A DNA stretch of 64,000 nucleotides from Actinomycetota bacterium (GCA_036259835.1 DATABA010000031.1:472-64471), one strand, 5' to 3'. Positions 42,773 to 52,226 are shown, counted from the first letter of the stretch. Program-made: numbers and translations. The notes: generated from the sequence alone by a model not told the origin.

Positions 42773-43726
42773 GTGAAGACGATCAGAGAACAGCTCACCG
42801 CCGAGTTCTTCGGGACCTTCAGCCTGGTGTTCATTGGAGCGGGGTCGGCCGCGCTTCTCGGCTTCAGACCCGACATCGCCGGCTTGATCGGCATCGCGCT
42901 GGCCCATGGCCTGGTATTGGCCGTCATGGTCTCGGCGCTGGGCCACATTTCCGGAGGGCACTTCAACCCGGCAGTGACAATCAGCGTTTGGGTGTCCGGA
43001 AAGATCGAGACGCTCCGCGCCCTGTTCTACATCGTGGCCCAGCTGGTGGGCGCCGCCGCGGGTGCCGGTCTGCTCAGACTGGCTATTCCTGAGCGGCTGT
43101 GGCGTCACGATCCAACGAGCCTCGGCGCGACCGCGCTCAGCCGCCAGTTCGGCGTCACGCCGGCGAACGCGTTGCTGCTCGAGGCGGCACTCACGTTCTT
43201 TCTCGTGTTCACGGTATTTGCCGTCGCGGTCGACGACCGGGGTGTCTTCAAGTCGATCGCCGGTCTCCCGATAGGCCTCGTCCTGACGTTCGACATCCTG
43301 GTGGGCGGCTTCCTCACCGGAGCCAGCATGAACCCGGCCCGCTCCTTCGGCCCTGCATTGTTGATCTGGGAATGGAAGGACTTCTGGATTTACCTGGCCG
43401 GTCCGCTCGCCGGCGGGATCGTGGCTGCCAGCGTCTACTGGTTCTCGTTCCTGCGGGGACGGTTGGTCACCGCCCCACGGACAGAGACGCCGATCGGCGG
43501 CGGTCCAGAGGAAGATCTGCCGACCGGTCGGGCCTCCGAGGAGGCCCTTGCTGAAGGTCGGGTTTCTGAAGATGAGATGCCGGACCAGCCTCGGACGGAG
43601 ACGGAGACGGAGACTCCCTCTACGCAGCCCGCGTGGGGTACGGGCGGAGAAACACGACCCGGCCAGCCACGCTTGGGTCAGCCGCGGGAGTTTGGGGCGG
43701 AACGGCCGAGCGAGGAAGACCGGTAG
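42773..43726 (+). CDS. Aquaporin/MIP-family channel with ~85-aa acidic low-complexity C-terminal tail
   Basis: Two NPA boxes (SGGHFNPAVT, GASMNPARS) and six TM helices. SD GAAAGGGGA precedes the GTG at 42773. Confidence 0.9.
   Translation: MKTIREQLTAEFFGTFSLVFIGAGSAALLGFRPDIAGLIGIALAHGLVLAVMVSALGHISGGHFNPAVTISVWVSGKIETLRALFYIVAQLVGAAAGAGLLRLAIPERLWRHDPTSLGATALSRQFGVTPANALLLEAALTFFLVFTVFAVAVDDRGVFKSIAGLPIGLVLTFDILVGGFLTGASMNPARSFGPALLIWEWKDFWIYLAGPLAGGIVAASVYWFSFLRGRLVTAPRTETPIGGGPEEDLPTGRASEEALAEGRVSEDEMPDQPRTETETETPSTQPAWGTGGETRPGQPRLGQPREFGAERPSEEDR
43593..43614 (+). repeat. Short tandem hexanucleotide repeat (GGAGAC/GACGGA x3) encoding TETETE in the aquaporin tail
   Basis: Direct reading: ggacggagacggagacggagac. 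Confidence 0.6.
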
Positions 43727-43729
43727 CGG

Positions 43730-44686
43730 TCACGGCGCGCATTCGGCGCCGCGACCGAGAAACAGTCGAGGGCAGGGCGGCAGCGAGGTTCCGAGCCTCG
43801 TGGCCGTCACGACCTGACGGATGGCTCGAATGACCAGTTTCGGCTGATCTCGCTGGATGCCGTGCCCTGACCGTGCTGCGATGACGTGAACGGCGTTGGG
43901 CGAAAGCCGCGCCTCCTGCCGTTGGAGCTCGGTCCACAGCTGCTCGAAGGCCGGGGTTGAGTCGGCAGGCGTGAGGCCGCGGGTCACCAGAACCAGCGGC
44001 AGCTCGCTCAGTCCACCCGCCGCGAGCAGTTGCTTTCCGAGACGTTCGATATCGACCACCGTGCCACCCTCGCGTGCTCCGCGCGTGAGGAAGCGCTCGA
44101 CCCTGGCCTTGCCCGCGATTCGATACAGACGCGAACGAGGAACGCTCAGGAACGTGGCCGGTACGGGATCCACCAGCACGACGCCGCTCACCTCGGAGCC
44201 GTACCGGTCGGCGAAGAGCTGGGCAATGGCCCCGCCGAACGAATGACCTACCGGCACGTACGGGCCAGGAACACCACTTCGGCGAAGGAGCGTGCGAAGC
44301 TCAACCGCGAGATCCGCTCCATCGACGCGCGAAGGGGGATGGGCCCGCGGTTCACTTCTCCCCAAGCCAGCTCGGCTGTAGGAGCAGACCCTCGTGAACC
44401 GGTCGACCGGCGCCTGCACGGGGGCCCATGTCCGAAGGCTCCCCCTGAAACCGTGGATCAACACAACGGTCGGTGTGCCCTCTCCGGAGCACCGGATGTG
44501 GAGACGGTGCCCACCGACGTCGACGAGTTTCGAGAACGGTGCGACCTTCTTGTCAGCCGACGGTTCCGGCGGGCGAGATGCCGGAGTAGGACCACCGCGC
44601 AATTCACCACCATTCGAGGTGCAGGCCGCGGTCGTGAAGACGAGCGCGGCGAGCAACCCGTACAGAGCGCGGATGGAGAGGTTCAG
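43730..44686 (-). CDS. Alpha/beta hydrolase lipoprotein; apparent non-canonical start
   Basis: Lipobox ..LVFTTAAC, nucleophile elbow GHSFGG. The track start (TTG 44656) leaves only an 11-residue uncharged signal peptide. An in-frame CTG at 44686 gives MNLSIRALYGLLAALVFTTAAC and lies 5 nt after the korB stop. Confidence 0.7.
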   Translation of the reverse strand: MNLSIRALYGLLAALVFTTAACTSNGGELRGGPTPASRPPEPSADKKVAPFSKLVDVGGHRLHIRCSGEGTPTVVLIHGFRGSLRTWAPVQAPVDRFTRVCSYSRAGLGRSEPRAHPPSRVDGADLAVELRTLLRRSGVPGPYVPVGHSFGGAIAQLFADRYGSEVSGVVLVDPVPATFLSVPRSRLYRIAGKARVERFLTRGAREGGTVVDIERLGKQLLAAGGLSELPLVLVTRGLTPADSTPAFEQLWTELQRQEARLSPNAVHVIAARSGHGIQRDQPKLVIRAIRQVVTATRLGTSLPPCPRLFLGRGAECAP

Positions 44687-44691
44687 CGGCG

Positions 44692-45747
44692 TTACTTGAC
44701 GACCCAGGTGTCGCCCGAGTGCAGCAACTTGTCGATCTCACCAGCGCCGAGCTTCGCCGTGGCCATCTCGATCTGGCGATCCATCAGCTCGCCGTACACG
44801 GGACGAGAGACGTCGCGGAACACCCCGATGGCCGTGGGCTCGGCCGGTCCACGAGACAGGTGGGCGAGGGCGAACGCCAACGAGGGATTCTCGGCGTGCG
44901 CGTCGTGGACGTAGATCAGCTCCTGGGGGACCTCACTGGTCTCCGCCACGCGAAGCGTCCCGTCGTACTCGACCGCCACACACTTCTCACCGTTTCGGCC
45001 GAAGATGACCGGTTTTCCGTGCTCCAGCCGAATCTGGTTCTCGGCCTTCGTGTCCTTCCCGGTCAGCGCGATGAACGCGTCGTCGTTGAAGACGTTGCAG
45101 TTCTGGTAGATCTCGACGAAGGCCGTCCCCTCGTGCCGAGCGGCCTGTCGGAGGACGTCGGTGAGGTGTTGCCGGTCAACATCCAGTGATCGCGCTACGA
45201 ACGTCGCTTCGGCCCCGAGTGCCAGCGCGATCGGATTGAACGGGTGATCGAGCGACCCGAAGGGTGTCGACTTGGTGACCTTCCCTTCCTCGCTCGTCGG
45301 CGAGTATTGCCCCTTCGTCAACCCGTAGATCTGGTTGTTGAACATCAGGATCTTGACATTGATGTTTCGGCGGAGGGCATGGATCAGATGGTTCCCGCCA
45401 ATGGAGAGCGCGTCGCCGTCTCCGGTAACGATCCAAACGGAAAGGTCGGGCCGGGCCGTGGCAAGTCCCGTAGCAATGGCGGGGGCGCGACCGTGGATCC
45501 CGTGCACCCCGTACGTGTCCATGTAGTACACGAACCGGCCCGAGCACCCGATTCCCGTGACGAACACCAGCTGATGAGGCGGAATCCCAAGCTCCGGCAT
45601 GAAGCCCTGGACCGCGGAAAGAATGGCGTAGTCGCCGCAGCCCGGACACCACCGGACTTCCTGATCGCTGGCGAAGTCCTTCTTGGTGAACGTTTTGACG
45701 GCTCCCCCACCGTTCCCCTGAGCGTGTCCGTTGCCGTCGCTCGCCAT
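44692..45747 (-). CDS. korB: 2-oxoglutarate/2-oxoacid:ferredoxin oxidoreductase beta subunit
   Basis: ..WCPGCGDYAIL.., TPP-binding ..GDGDALSIGGNH... Length 351 aa. Confidence 0.9.
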   Translation of the reverse strand: MASDGNGHAQGNGGGAVKTFTKKDFASDQEVRWCPGCGDYAILSAVQGFMPELGIPPHQLVFVTGIGCSGRFVYYMDTYGVHGIHGRAPAIATGLATARPDLSVWIVTGDGDALSIGGNHLIHALRRNINVKILMFNNQIYGLTKGQYSPTSEEGKVTKSTPFGSLDHPFNPIALALGAEATFVARSLDVDRQHLTDVLRQAARHEGTAFVEIYQNCNVFNDDAFIALTGKDTKAENQIRLEHGKPVIFGRNGEKCVAVEYDGTLRVAETSEVPQELIYVHDAHAENPSLAFALAHLSRGPAEPTAIGVFRDVSRPVYGELMDRQIEMATAKLGAGEIDKLLHSGDTWVVK

Positions 45748-45749
45748 GA

Positions 45750-47588
45750 TCAGAGTCTCCTCAAAATTTCGTGTTCGATCTCGGCCGTCTGGAACGGCTG
45801 TCCCTGGACCTTTGAATAGCCCTCCGCGTCCACCAGGAACTCGGCGCGAATGATCTTCAACAGCTGACCGGTGTTCATCTCCGGGACGAGGACCCTCGCA
45901 TAGTTCCGAAGCACGTCGCCGATGTTCTTCGGAAGTGGATTGAGGTGGGTGAGGTGTGCGGACGCGACCTTTCGACCGGCCTCTCGCACTCGCCGCACCG
46001 CGGCCTTGATGCTGCCGTAGCTCGAACCCCAGCCCAAGACCAACAGCTGAGCATCACCATCGGGGTCGTCCACTTCCAGCAGCGGGATGTCGTCGGCGAT
46101 CTTCGCCACCTTGGCGGCGCGGAGATGCGTCATGCGTTCGTGGTTGGCCGCGTCGTAGGAAATGTCGCCGGTGACGTCTTCCTTTTCCAACCCGCCGATG
46201 CGGTGGACCAGCCCTGGTGTGCCCGGCACGGCCCAGGGGCGGCTGAGGTTCTCGTCCCGGAGGTACGGCATGAACCCGTCGTCGTGGTTCGGTTGCGTGG
46301 CGAATCGCGGCTCGATCTCCGGCAGGGTGGCGGTGTCGGGAAGGCGCCACGGCTCGCTCGAGTTCCCGAGAAACGTGTCGGATAGCAGGATCACGGGGGT
46401 CCGGTACTTCACGGCGATGCGGACGGCCTCGATGGCCGCGTCGAAGCACTGTGCCGGCGTGTACGACGCGACAACCGGAATGGGCGACTCGCCGTGACGG
46501 CCCCACACGGCGGCGAGAAGATCGGCCGCTTCGGTCTTGGTCGGCATTCCGGTGGACGGTCCGGCCCGCTGAATGTCGACGATCACCATGGGAAGCTCCA
46601 GCGCGACGGCCAGCCCGATCGTTTCCTGCTTCAGGTCGAGTCCCGGCCCGCTCGTTCCGGTCACGCCGATCTGACCGCCGAACGCCGCACCGACCGCTGC
46701 CCCAGCCGCGGCGATCTCGTCCTCGGCCTGGAGCGTCCGCACGCCGAAGTTCTTGTGCCGCGACAGCTCATGCAGAAGCTCCGACGCGGGCGTGATCGGA
46801 TAGCTGGCGTAAAAGATCGGAAGACCGCTCTTGACGCTGGCGGCGATCAATCCCCACGAGAGTGCAGTGTTCCCCGAGACGTTTCGATACACCCCCGGCG
46901 TGACGGTGGCCGGCTTGATCTCGTAGGTGTGGGCGAATAGCTCGGTGGTCTCACCGAAGTTGTATCCGGCTCGAAACGCCGCGAGGTTTCCCTCCATGAT
47001 CGCGGGCTTCTTTTGGAACTTCTTCTCGATCCAGCGGAAGGTGACGTCGGTCGGGCGTCCGTACATCCAGGAGACGAGGCCCAGAGCGAAGAAGTTCTTG
47101 GCCCGCTCCGCCTCCTTCTTGGTGATCTCCATCCCTTCGGTCGCCCGAAGCGTGATCGAGGTCATCGGAACGCGGAAGACCTGGTAGGCATCGAGTGACC
47201 CATCGTCGAGCGGGTTGGACGTGTATCCGGCCTTCTCCAGGTTTCGCTCCAGGAACGCGTCCTCGTTGGCGATGATCACGCCGCCCTTCTCCAGGTCCTT
47301 GATGTTCGCCTTCAGTGCGGCCGGGTTCATCGCCACCAGCACGTTCGGCTCGTCGCCGGGCGTGAGGATGTCGCGAGACGCAAAGTGGATCTGAAACGCC
47401 GAGACACCGGGAAGGGTGCCCGCCGGAGCTCGAATTTCCGCCGGGAAGTCGGGAAGCGTGGCGAGGTCGTTGCCCAGTACCGCGGTTGCGCTGGTGAACC
47501 GGTCTCCCGTCAGCTGCATACCGTCGCCGGAGTCGCCGGCGAACCTCACGACGACCCGGTCTTTCTCTACAACGCTCTTCGCGGCCAT
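45750..47588 (-). CDS. korA: 2-oxoglutarate/2-oxoacid:ferredoxin oxidoreductase alpha subunit
   Basis: 612 aa. ..FAGDSGDGMQLTG.., ..YPITPASE... It lies immediately upstream of korB (2-nt gap). Confidence 0.9.
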   Translation of the reverse strand: MAAKSVVEKDRVVVRFAGDSGDGMQLTGDRFTSATAVLGNDLATLPDFPAEIRAPAGTLPGVSAFQIHFASRDILTPGDEPNVLVAMNPAALKANIKDLEKGGVIIANEDAFLERNLEKAGYTSNPLDDGSLDAYQVFRVPMTSITLRATEGMEITKKEAERAKNFFALGLVSWMYGRPTDVTFRWIEKKFQKKPAIMEGNLAAFRAGYNFGETTELFAHTYEIKPATVTPGVYRNVSGNTALSWGLIAASVKSGLPIFYASYPITPASELLHELSRHKNFGVRTLQAEDEIAAAGAAVGAAFGGQIGVTGTSGPGLDLKQETIGLAVALELPMVIVDIQRAGPSTGMPTKTEAADLLAAVWGRHGESPIPVVASYTPAQCFDAAIEAVRIAVKYRTPVILLSDTFLGNSSEPWRLPDTATLPEIEPRFATQPNHDDGFMPYLRDENLSRPWAVPGTPGLVHRIGGLEKEDVTGDISYDAANHERMTHLRAAKVAKIADDIPLLEVDDPDGDAQLLVLGWGSSYGSIKAAVRRVREAGRKVASAHLTHLNPLPKNIGDVLRNYARVLVPEMNTGQLLKIIRAEFLVDAEGYSKVQGQPFQTAEIEHEILRRL

Positions 47589-47721
47589 TTGCTCCCTGAA
47601 GGTGCCGTACCGAAGGCTGCCCTCGGCTTGGATTCCTTACTGTACTGCTTCGGTTCTGGTCGCCCGCGCTGTTAGTGATGCGGCCGGAAGACGCGGGCCG
47701 CCGGACCGAACCTGCTGTGTC

Positions 47722-48042
47722 TTAGTGGAACGAATGGCCGCAGGCGCAGCTTCCCTGGGCCATCGGGTTGTCGATCGTGAAGCCCGAGGCCTCCAGCGAG
47801 TCGACGAAGTCGATCTTCGCCTCGCTGAGGTACGGGACGCTCATCCGATCCACGACGACCTTGACCCCGTGGTGCTCGGCCGTGATGTCGCCTTCGGAAA
47901 CCTGATCATCCAGGTACATCGCGTACCGCAATCCGGAGCACCCGCCGGGTTGCACCGCTACGCGGAGGGCAATGTCCGAGCGGCCCTCCTGCTCCAACAG
48001 CTCTCTCACCTTGCCTGCCGCCGTTTGCGAAAGCGCAACCAT
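47722..48042 (-). CDS. Fe-S cluster insertion protein (HesB/IscA/ErpA family)
   Basis: ..LRVAVQPGGCSGLRY.., C-terminal ..GSCACGHSFH. SD GAGGAG precedes the ATG. Confidence 0.9.
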   Translation of the reverse strand: MVALSQTAAGKVRELLEQEGRSDIALRVAVQPGGCSGLRYAMYLDDQVSEGDITAEHHGVKVVVDRMSVPYLSEAKIDFVDSLEASGFTIDNPMAQGSCACGHSFH

Positions 48043-48133
48043 TCCGACTCCTCAATAACAAGAGAATTACCTGCTCAAGTATACCGGCCGTGGACCGGCC
48101 TTCCTCGGATTCCTGCGCCTCCGCTTCTGCCCT

Positions 48134-48607
48134 TCAGGCCGGCTCTTTGAAGTCCGCGATCTCGGCGTTGGTCGCCGCCAGGAGGTCTTGGGGGGTGATC
48201 GGGAACACCGCGTCCGGAGCGCCGGCAGCCGCCCACAGGACCTCATACCTCGGCAGGTCGGAGTCCATGAGGATTCGCAGGCGGCGCGGGTGTCCGAATG
48301 GCGGGGTGCCGCCGATGGCGAACCCCGTCGCCTCACGGGCCTCCTCCGGCGTCGCCCTCCGCACCTCCCGCACCCGCAGGACCTCGGCCAGTCGCGCTGG
48401 GTCGGCACGGTTCGCCCCCGAGGTGAGCGCGATGAACGGCGTTCCGTCGGCGACGAACACAAGTGACTTCACGATCTGTCCGACATCACACCCCACCGCT
48501 CTGGCCGCATCGGGCGCGGTTCTGGTCCCCGCGGGGAACCGCCTCACCTCCGCGGTCAAGCCTGCTGCTTCGGCTTCCGCCAGGAAGCGATCAACCGCCT
48601 TGGCCAC
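48134..48607 (-). CDS. YbaK/EbsC-type aminoacyl-tRNA editing domain protein
   Basis: ..GQIVKSLVFVADG.., ..GFAIGGTPPFGH... Start taken at internal GTG 48607, because the track ORF's N-terminus is Arg/Ser/Pro shadow-like and overlaps glxK. Confidence 0.7.
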   Translation of the reverse strand: MAKAVDRFLAEAEAAGLTAEVRRFPAGTRTAPDAARAVGCDVGQIVKSLVFVADGTPFIALTSGANRADPARLAEVLRVREVRRATPEEAREATGFAIGGTPPFGHPRRLRILMDSDLPRYEVLWAAAGAPDAVFPITPQDLLAATNAEIADFKEPA

Positions 48608-49727
48608 CGACCCGCTCCATTCGAGTCTCCCTCGCAGCCTCGGCCGCCAGCTCGGCCAGCAGCTGGCGAGCGCGTTCGCGGGCGGCTTCACGGCCGAAAC
48701 GCTCGGCGAGCGACCAGATCTTCGTCCCGGGCCGATCGACGCGCTGCTCCCCGCACAACACCATGGCCGGTATGCGCAACTCTTCAGCCATGCGGAGGAC
48801 TCCGGCCGGCGCCTTGCCACGCAGAGACTGCTCGTCGAATGCGCCTTCCCCGGTGATGACGAGAGCGATGCCCTGCATCCGCTCCTTCAGCCGAACCGCC
48901 TCCATCACCACGTCGACGCCGGACCTCAGCCGCGCGCCGAGAAATGCGACCAGGCCGCCACCGAGACCCCCGGCCGCTCCCGCTCCCGGCATGTCCCGAA
49001 TGTCGACACCGAGATCCCGATAGACCACCGCGGCGAAATGCCGCAGCGCTTCGTCAAGCAGATGAACGTCTTCCGGCGATGCCCCTTTCTGGGGGCCGTA
49101 CACCGCCGATGCTCCGCGCGGACCGACCAGCGGATTATCCACGTCCGTCGCGGCGACGAACTCGACGTCGCGAACCAGCGGATCGATGCGTGTGACGTCG
49201 ATGCGAGACAGCTCGAGCAGCGCGGCGCCGCCCGAGCGAAGCTGCCTTCCCTCTCGGTCCAGCAGGCGCACCCCCAGCGCCTGTGCCATGCCGGCCCCGG
49301 CATCGTTGGTGGCGCTTCCCCCAATGCAGACCAGTACTCGCCGAGCCCCCCGACGACACGCAGCCAGAATGAGCTCGCCGGTTCCTCTCGTTGTCGTCCG
49401 CCTCGGATCCCGTCGGGCGGTCGGGAGGAGTTCGAGACCCGACGCTCTGGCCATTTCCACCACGCCGGTCGGCCCCTCCGGCGCGCGCACGACCGCGAAC
49501 TCCGCGTCGACGGGTTCGTCCAGCGGACCGGCGACGCGCTCGCGAAACCGCTCGCCGCCCACGCCTGATACCAACGCTTCGAGCGTTCCCTCGCCACCAT
49601 CGGCCATGGGAATGATCTCGATTTCGGAAGACGGATCGCCGCGGCGCCACCCAGTCGCGATGGCCTCGGCGGCCTCCGGCGCCGTCAACGTTCCCTTGAA
49701 CTTGTCCGGCGCCACGAGGACCCGCAC
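48591..49727 (-). CDS. glxK: Glycerate kinase
   Basis: MRVLVAPDKFKGTLTAPEAAEAI.., ..PMADGGEGT.., ..VITGEGAFDEQSLRGK... Confidence 0.85.
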   Translation of the reverse strand: MRVLVAPDKFKGTLTAPEAAEAIATGWRRGDPSSEIEIIPMADGGEGTLEALVSGVGGERFRERVAGPLDEPVDAEFAVVRAPEGPTGVVEMARASGLELLPTARRDPRRTTTRGTGELILAACRRGARRVLVCIGGSATNDAGAGMAQALGVRLLDREGRQLRSGGAALLELSRIDVTRIDPLVRDVEFVAATDVDNPLVGPRGASAVYGPQKGASPEDVHLLDEALRHFAAVVYRDLGVDIRDMPGAGAAGGLGGGLVAFLGARLRSGVDVVMEAVRLKERMQGIALVITGEGAFDEQSLRGKAPAGVLRMAEELRIPAMVLCGEQRVDRPGTKIWSLAERFGREAARERARQLLAELAAEAARETRMERVGGQGG

Positions 49728-49752
49728 GAGGCCCAGGCTACAATCTGCGCCG

Positions 49753-50184
49753 ATGAACGGGTCCGTCGTGTCGATTCAACGTTGCCATGGCCGCGGAACG
49801 CCCATGGAACCGGTCCATGACGCCCTGCTCGAAGAGGGCGGCCTGGCCGGCGATGACCACTTCGAACCGCAGTCCATCCGGCAGCTGCTGCTGGCCGACG
49901 CCGAAGCGCTGGAGGCGTTGAGTCTCGCCCCCGGCGACATCCGGGAGAACCTGACCCTGAGAGGCGTCGGTGTCATGCAACTTCGCCCCGGCACCACGCT
50001 CGCCATCGGCGACGCGGAAGTCGAGATCACCAAGGAGTGCACGCCGTGCCGGCGCATGGAGGATGTCCGCCCAGGGCTGATGCGACAGCTATCGGGCCGC
50101 CGCGGCATGTACGCGCGGGTGGTTTCCCCAGGGGCTATTCGCCCCGGTGACCCCGTGCGAATCGCCGAACCTGCCCTTCGATGA
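49753..50184 (+). CDS. MOSC-domain protein
   Basis: ..RENLTLRGV.., ..EVEITKECTPCRRME.. (conserved Cys), ..GMYARVVSPGAIRPGD... ATG at 49753 in the frame of track ORF 49186..50184. Confidence 0.75.
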   Translation: MNGSVVSIQRCHGRGTPMEPVHDALLEEGGLAGDDHFEPQSIRQLLLADAEALEALSLAPGDIRENLTLRGVGVMQLRPGTTLAIGDAEVEITKECTPCRRMEDVRPGLMRQLSGRRGMYARVVSPGAIRPGDPVRIAEPALR

Positions 50185-51017
50185 GCCCGCTCGACCGGAC
50201 CTGGCTGCTGGGAACCGCTCGCGCCGAGCGAGAAGGCCTGGGGCGCACCATTCAGTACACCCCGCCGGACACGTGGGAACACGAAAGCCCGGCCGAGGGA
50301 TGGAGGAACCGCGACATCGTTGCCCACCTCGCCGCGACCGACGTGGCGGCGGCCGCGGTGATCGCCGGCGAAACTCCGTCCGAGCTGGAGGAGTACACGA
50401 AGACGCTGAACGGCGAGCCGTTCTCGGTCAACGCGTTCAACGACTACTCGGTGCGAAAGCGGGCGAACGAGCCGTTTCGAGTCGTGGTTCGGGAATGGGG
50501 GCAGGCGGCGGACCTGTTCCTGGCGCGCGCAGGCAAGCTTTCAGAAGAGGACTGGTCCCAACGGAAGGTCGATTGGGTCGCGGGCCGAATCGGCGTTCCC
50601 TACCTGGTCCAGGAGCGGGTGGTCGAATGGTGGCTTCACGGCGAGGACATCCTGGCGGGGGGAGGGAATCCGCCGCGTCTGGAGCACGCTCCGATCTTCT
50701 GCGTGAACGACTTCGCCATTCGCCTGATCCCGTGGGCGTTGGGCTTGGCGGGCCACACCATTCGGGGCAAAAGCGTCAAGGTCGACCTGCACTCTGTCGG
50801 TGGCGGGTCGTGGCACTACGGACTGGCGCCGAGGGAGAGCCCTCCATCAGACAAGGTCCCCGACGCGATCATTCGCGGGCGGGCCTACGCGTTCGCGCTG
50901 GTTGCCGGCAGGAGGGCGTCGTACGAGTACTACCTGGCCGAAGGTGAACTCCAGACGGCCGGCGACGACGCGCTCGCGGAACTTATTCTCCAGAACCTCA
51001 GAGCCTTCGCGGAGTGA
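50181..51017 (+). CDS. DinB-fold / maleylpyruvate-isomerase-family (mycothiol-dependent type) protein
   Basis: ..WRNRDIVAHLAATD.. is the N-terminal DinB-like metal-binding His region. ATGA overlap with the MOSC stop. Confidence 0.7.
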   Translation: MSPLDRTWLLGTARAEREGLGRTIQYTPPDTWEHESPAEGWRNRDIVAHLAATDVAAAAVIAGETPSELEEYTKTLNGEPFSVNAFNDYSVRKRANEPFRVVVREWGQAADLFLARAGKLSEEDWSQRKVDWVAGRIGVPYLVQERVVEWWLHGEDILAGGGNPPRLEHAPIFCVNDFAIRLIPWALGLAGHTIRGKSVKVDLHSVGGGSWHYGLAPRESPPSDKVPDAIIRGRAYAFALVAGRRASYEYYLAEGELQTAGDDALAELILQNLRAFAE

Positions 51018-51796
51018 GGCCCCGCTCCCGCCGCCGAGACCTCATCGGCGCTGCGGGGGTCGGACTGCTTGCGGGGTTTCTCTCGGGACTGTTTGGAGTG
51101 GGTGGCGGAATCCTGATCGTCCCGGGACTCGTTCTGCTCATGCGGATGAATCAGCGGCTTGCGCATGGAACTTCGCTCGCCGCCATCGTCCCCATCGCCG
51201 TGGCCGGCGTCGCCGGGTACGCCCTGGCTGACGCGGTCGACTGGACGGCCGGCGCCCTGCTGATCGTGGGCGCCGCGGCGGGGACGGTGGTCGGAACGAC
51301 AGCCCTCCGTGTCGTTCCCGAGAACTGGCTGAGAGCTCTGTTCGCGGCGTTTCTGGTTCTGGCCGCAGCGCGGCTGTTCCTTCCGGTCACACAGGCAATG
51401 GGCCGGGGAGCGATCGATCCAGGCGCCGTGATGGGGCTGGTCGGCATCGGCGTGTTGTCCGGAGCAGTGGCGGGGTTGCTCGGAGTTGGGGGCGGAATCG
51501 TCATCGTGCCCGCGCTGGTCCTGCTGTTCTCCCTGCCGGACCCGGTTGCCAAGGGGACGTCGCTCCTCGTCATCATCCCGACCGGCCTGATCGGGACTCT
51601 CAGCAACGTTCGAGCAAGAAACGCAAACCTCCCGGTGGCCGCGGTGGTCGGCGCGCTCGGAATCGTGTCGGCGTTCGGGGCGTCTCAGCTCTCAACGGTG
51701 CTTCCGGCGCGGCTATCGAGAATCCTCTTCGCGATCCTCCTTTTGGCGGTGGCCGCGCAGCTGTTGCTGCGGCTCAGACGCGGTGCGGCGAAGTAG
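51014..51796 (+). CDS. TauE/SafE-family sulfite/anion exporter
   Basis: 260 aa with 7-8 TM helices and a duplicated GxGGG motif (GLFGVGGGILIVPGL / GLLGVGGGIVIVPAL). GTGA overlap with the upstream stop. Confidence 0.8.
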   Translation: MRPRSRRRDLIGAAGVGLLAGFLSGLFGVGGGILIVPGLVLLMRMNQRLAHGTSLAAIVPIAVAGVAGYALADAVDWTAGALLIVGAAAGTVVGTTALRVVPENWLRALFAAFLVLAAARLFLPVTQAMGRGAIDPGAVMGLVGIGVLSGAVAGLLGVGGGIVIVPALVLLFSLPDPVAKGTSLLVIIPTGLIGTLSNVRARNANLPVAAVVGALGIVSAFGASQLSTVLPARLSRILFAILLLAVAAQLLLRLRRGAAK

Positions 51797-52226
51797 CCGA
51801 AGAAGTTCCCGCTTCTGAAAGTGCTTCCTGAAACACATCCCAGGCCAGAACGGCGCACTTGATGCGTACCGGGTACTTCACCACGCCCTTGAGCGCGATC
51901 AGGTCGCCGAATTCCTCTTCGTCCGGGTCGGAGCCGCCCTGCATCATGCTTCGGAACTCTTCGGTCAGGAACGCCGCCTCGTCGACGGTCTTCCCCTTCA
52001 CCGCTTCGGTCATCATCGAAGCGCTGGCCTGGCTGATCGAACATCCCTGGCCCTCGAACGTCACGTCGGCGACGCGGCCGTCGTCGAGGTGCGCGTGAAC
52101 GGTGATCTCATCGCCGCACAGCGGATTGTTCTTGTGGCACGTGAGCTCGGCGCCCGGAAGGTCTCGCTTGTTCCGGGGGTTCTTGTAGTGGTCGAGGATG
52201 ACCTCCTTGTAGAGGTCGTCAAGCAC
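51774..52226 (-). CDS. sufU: SUF Fe-S scaffold/sulfur-transfer protein SufU
   Basis: LYKEVILDHYKNPRNK.., ..NPLCGDEITV.., ..GQGCSISQASASMM... Confidence 0.9.
   Translation of the reverse strand: MLDDLYKEVILDHYKNPRNKRDLPGAELTCHKNNPLCGDEITVHAHLDDGRVADVTFEGQGCSISQASASMMTEAVKGKTVDEAAFLTEEFRSMMQGGSDPDEEEFGDLIALKGVVKYPVRIKCAVLAWDVFQEALSEAGTSSATSPHRV

Noticed and set aside
47685-47715. Possible terminator hairpin (GCGGCC-N10-GGCCGC) between iscA-like and korA
   Set aside because: The stem is only 6 bp with a 10-nt loop and no U-tract. It is too weak to call as an intrinsic terminator.
48090-49568. 492-aa plus-strand ORF
   Set aside because: It lies antisense to the YbaK-like and glycerate kinase genes. 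The product is Ser/Ala/Arg/Pro-rich and shadow-like.
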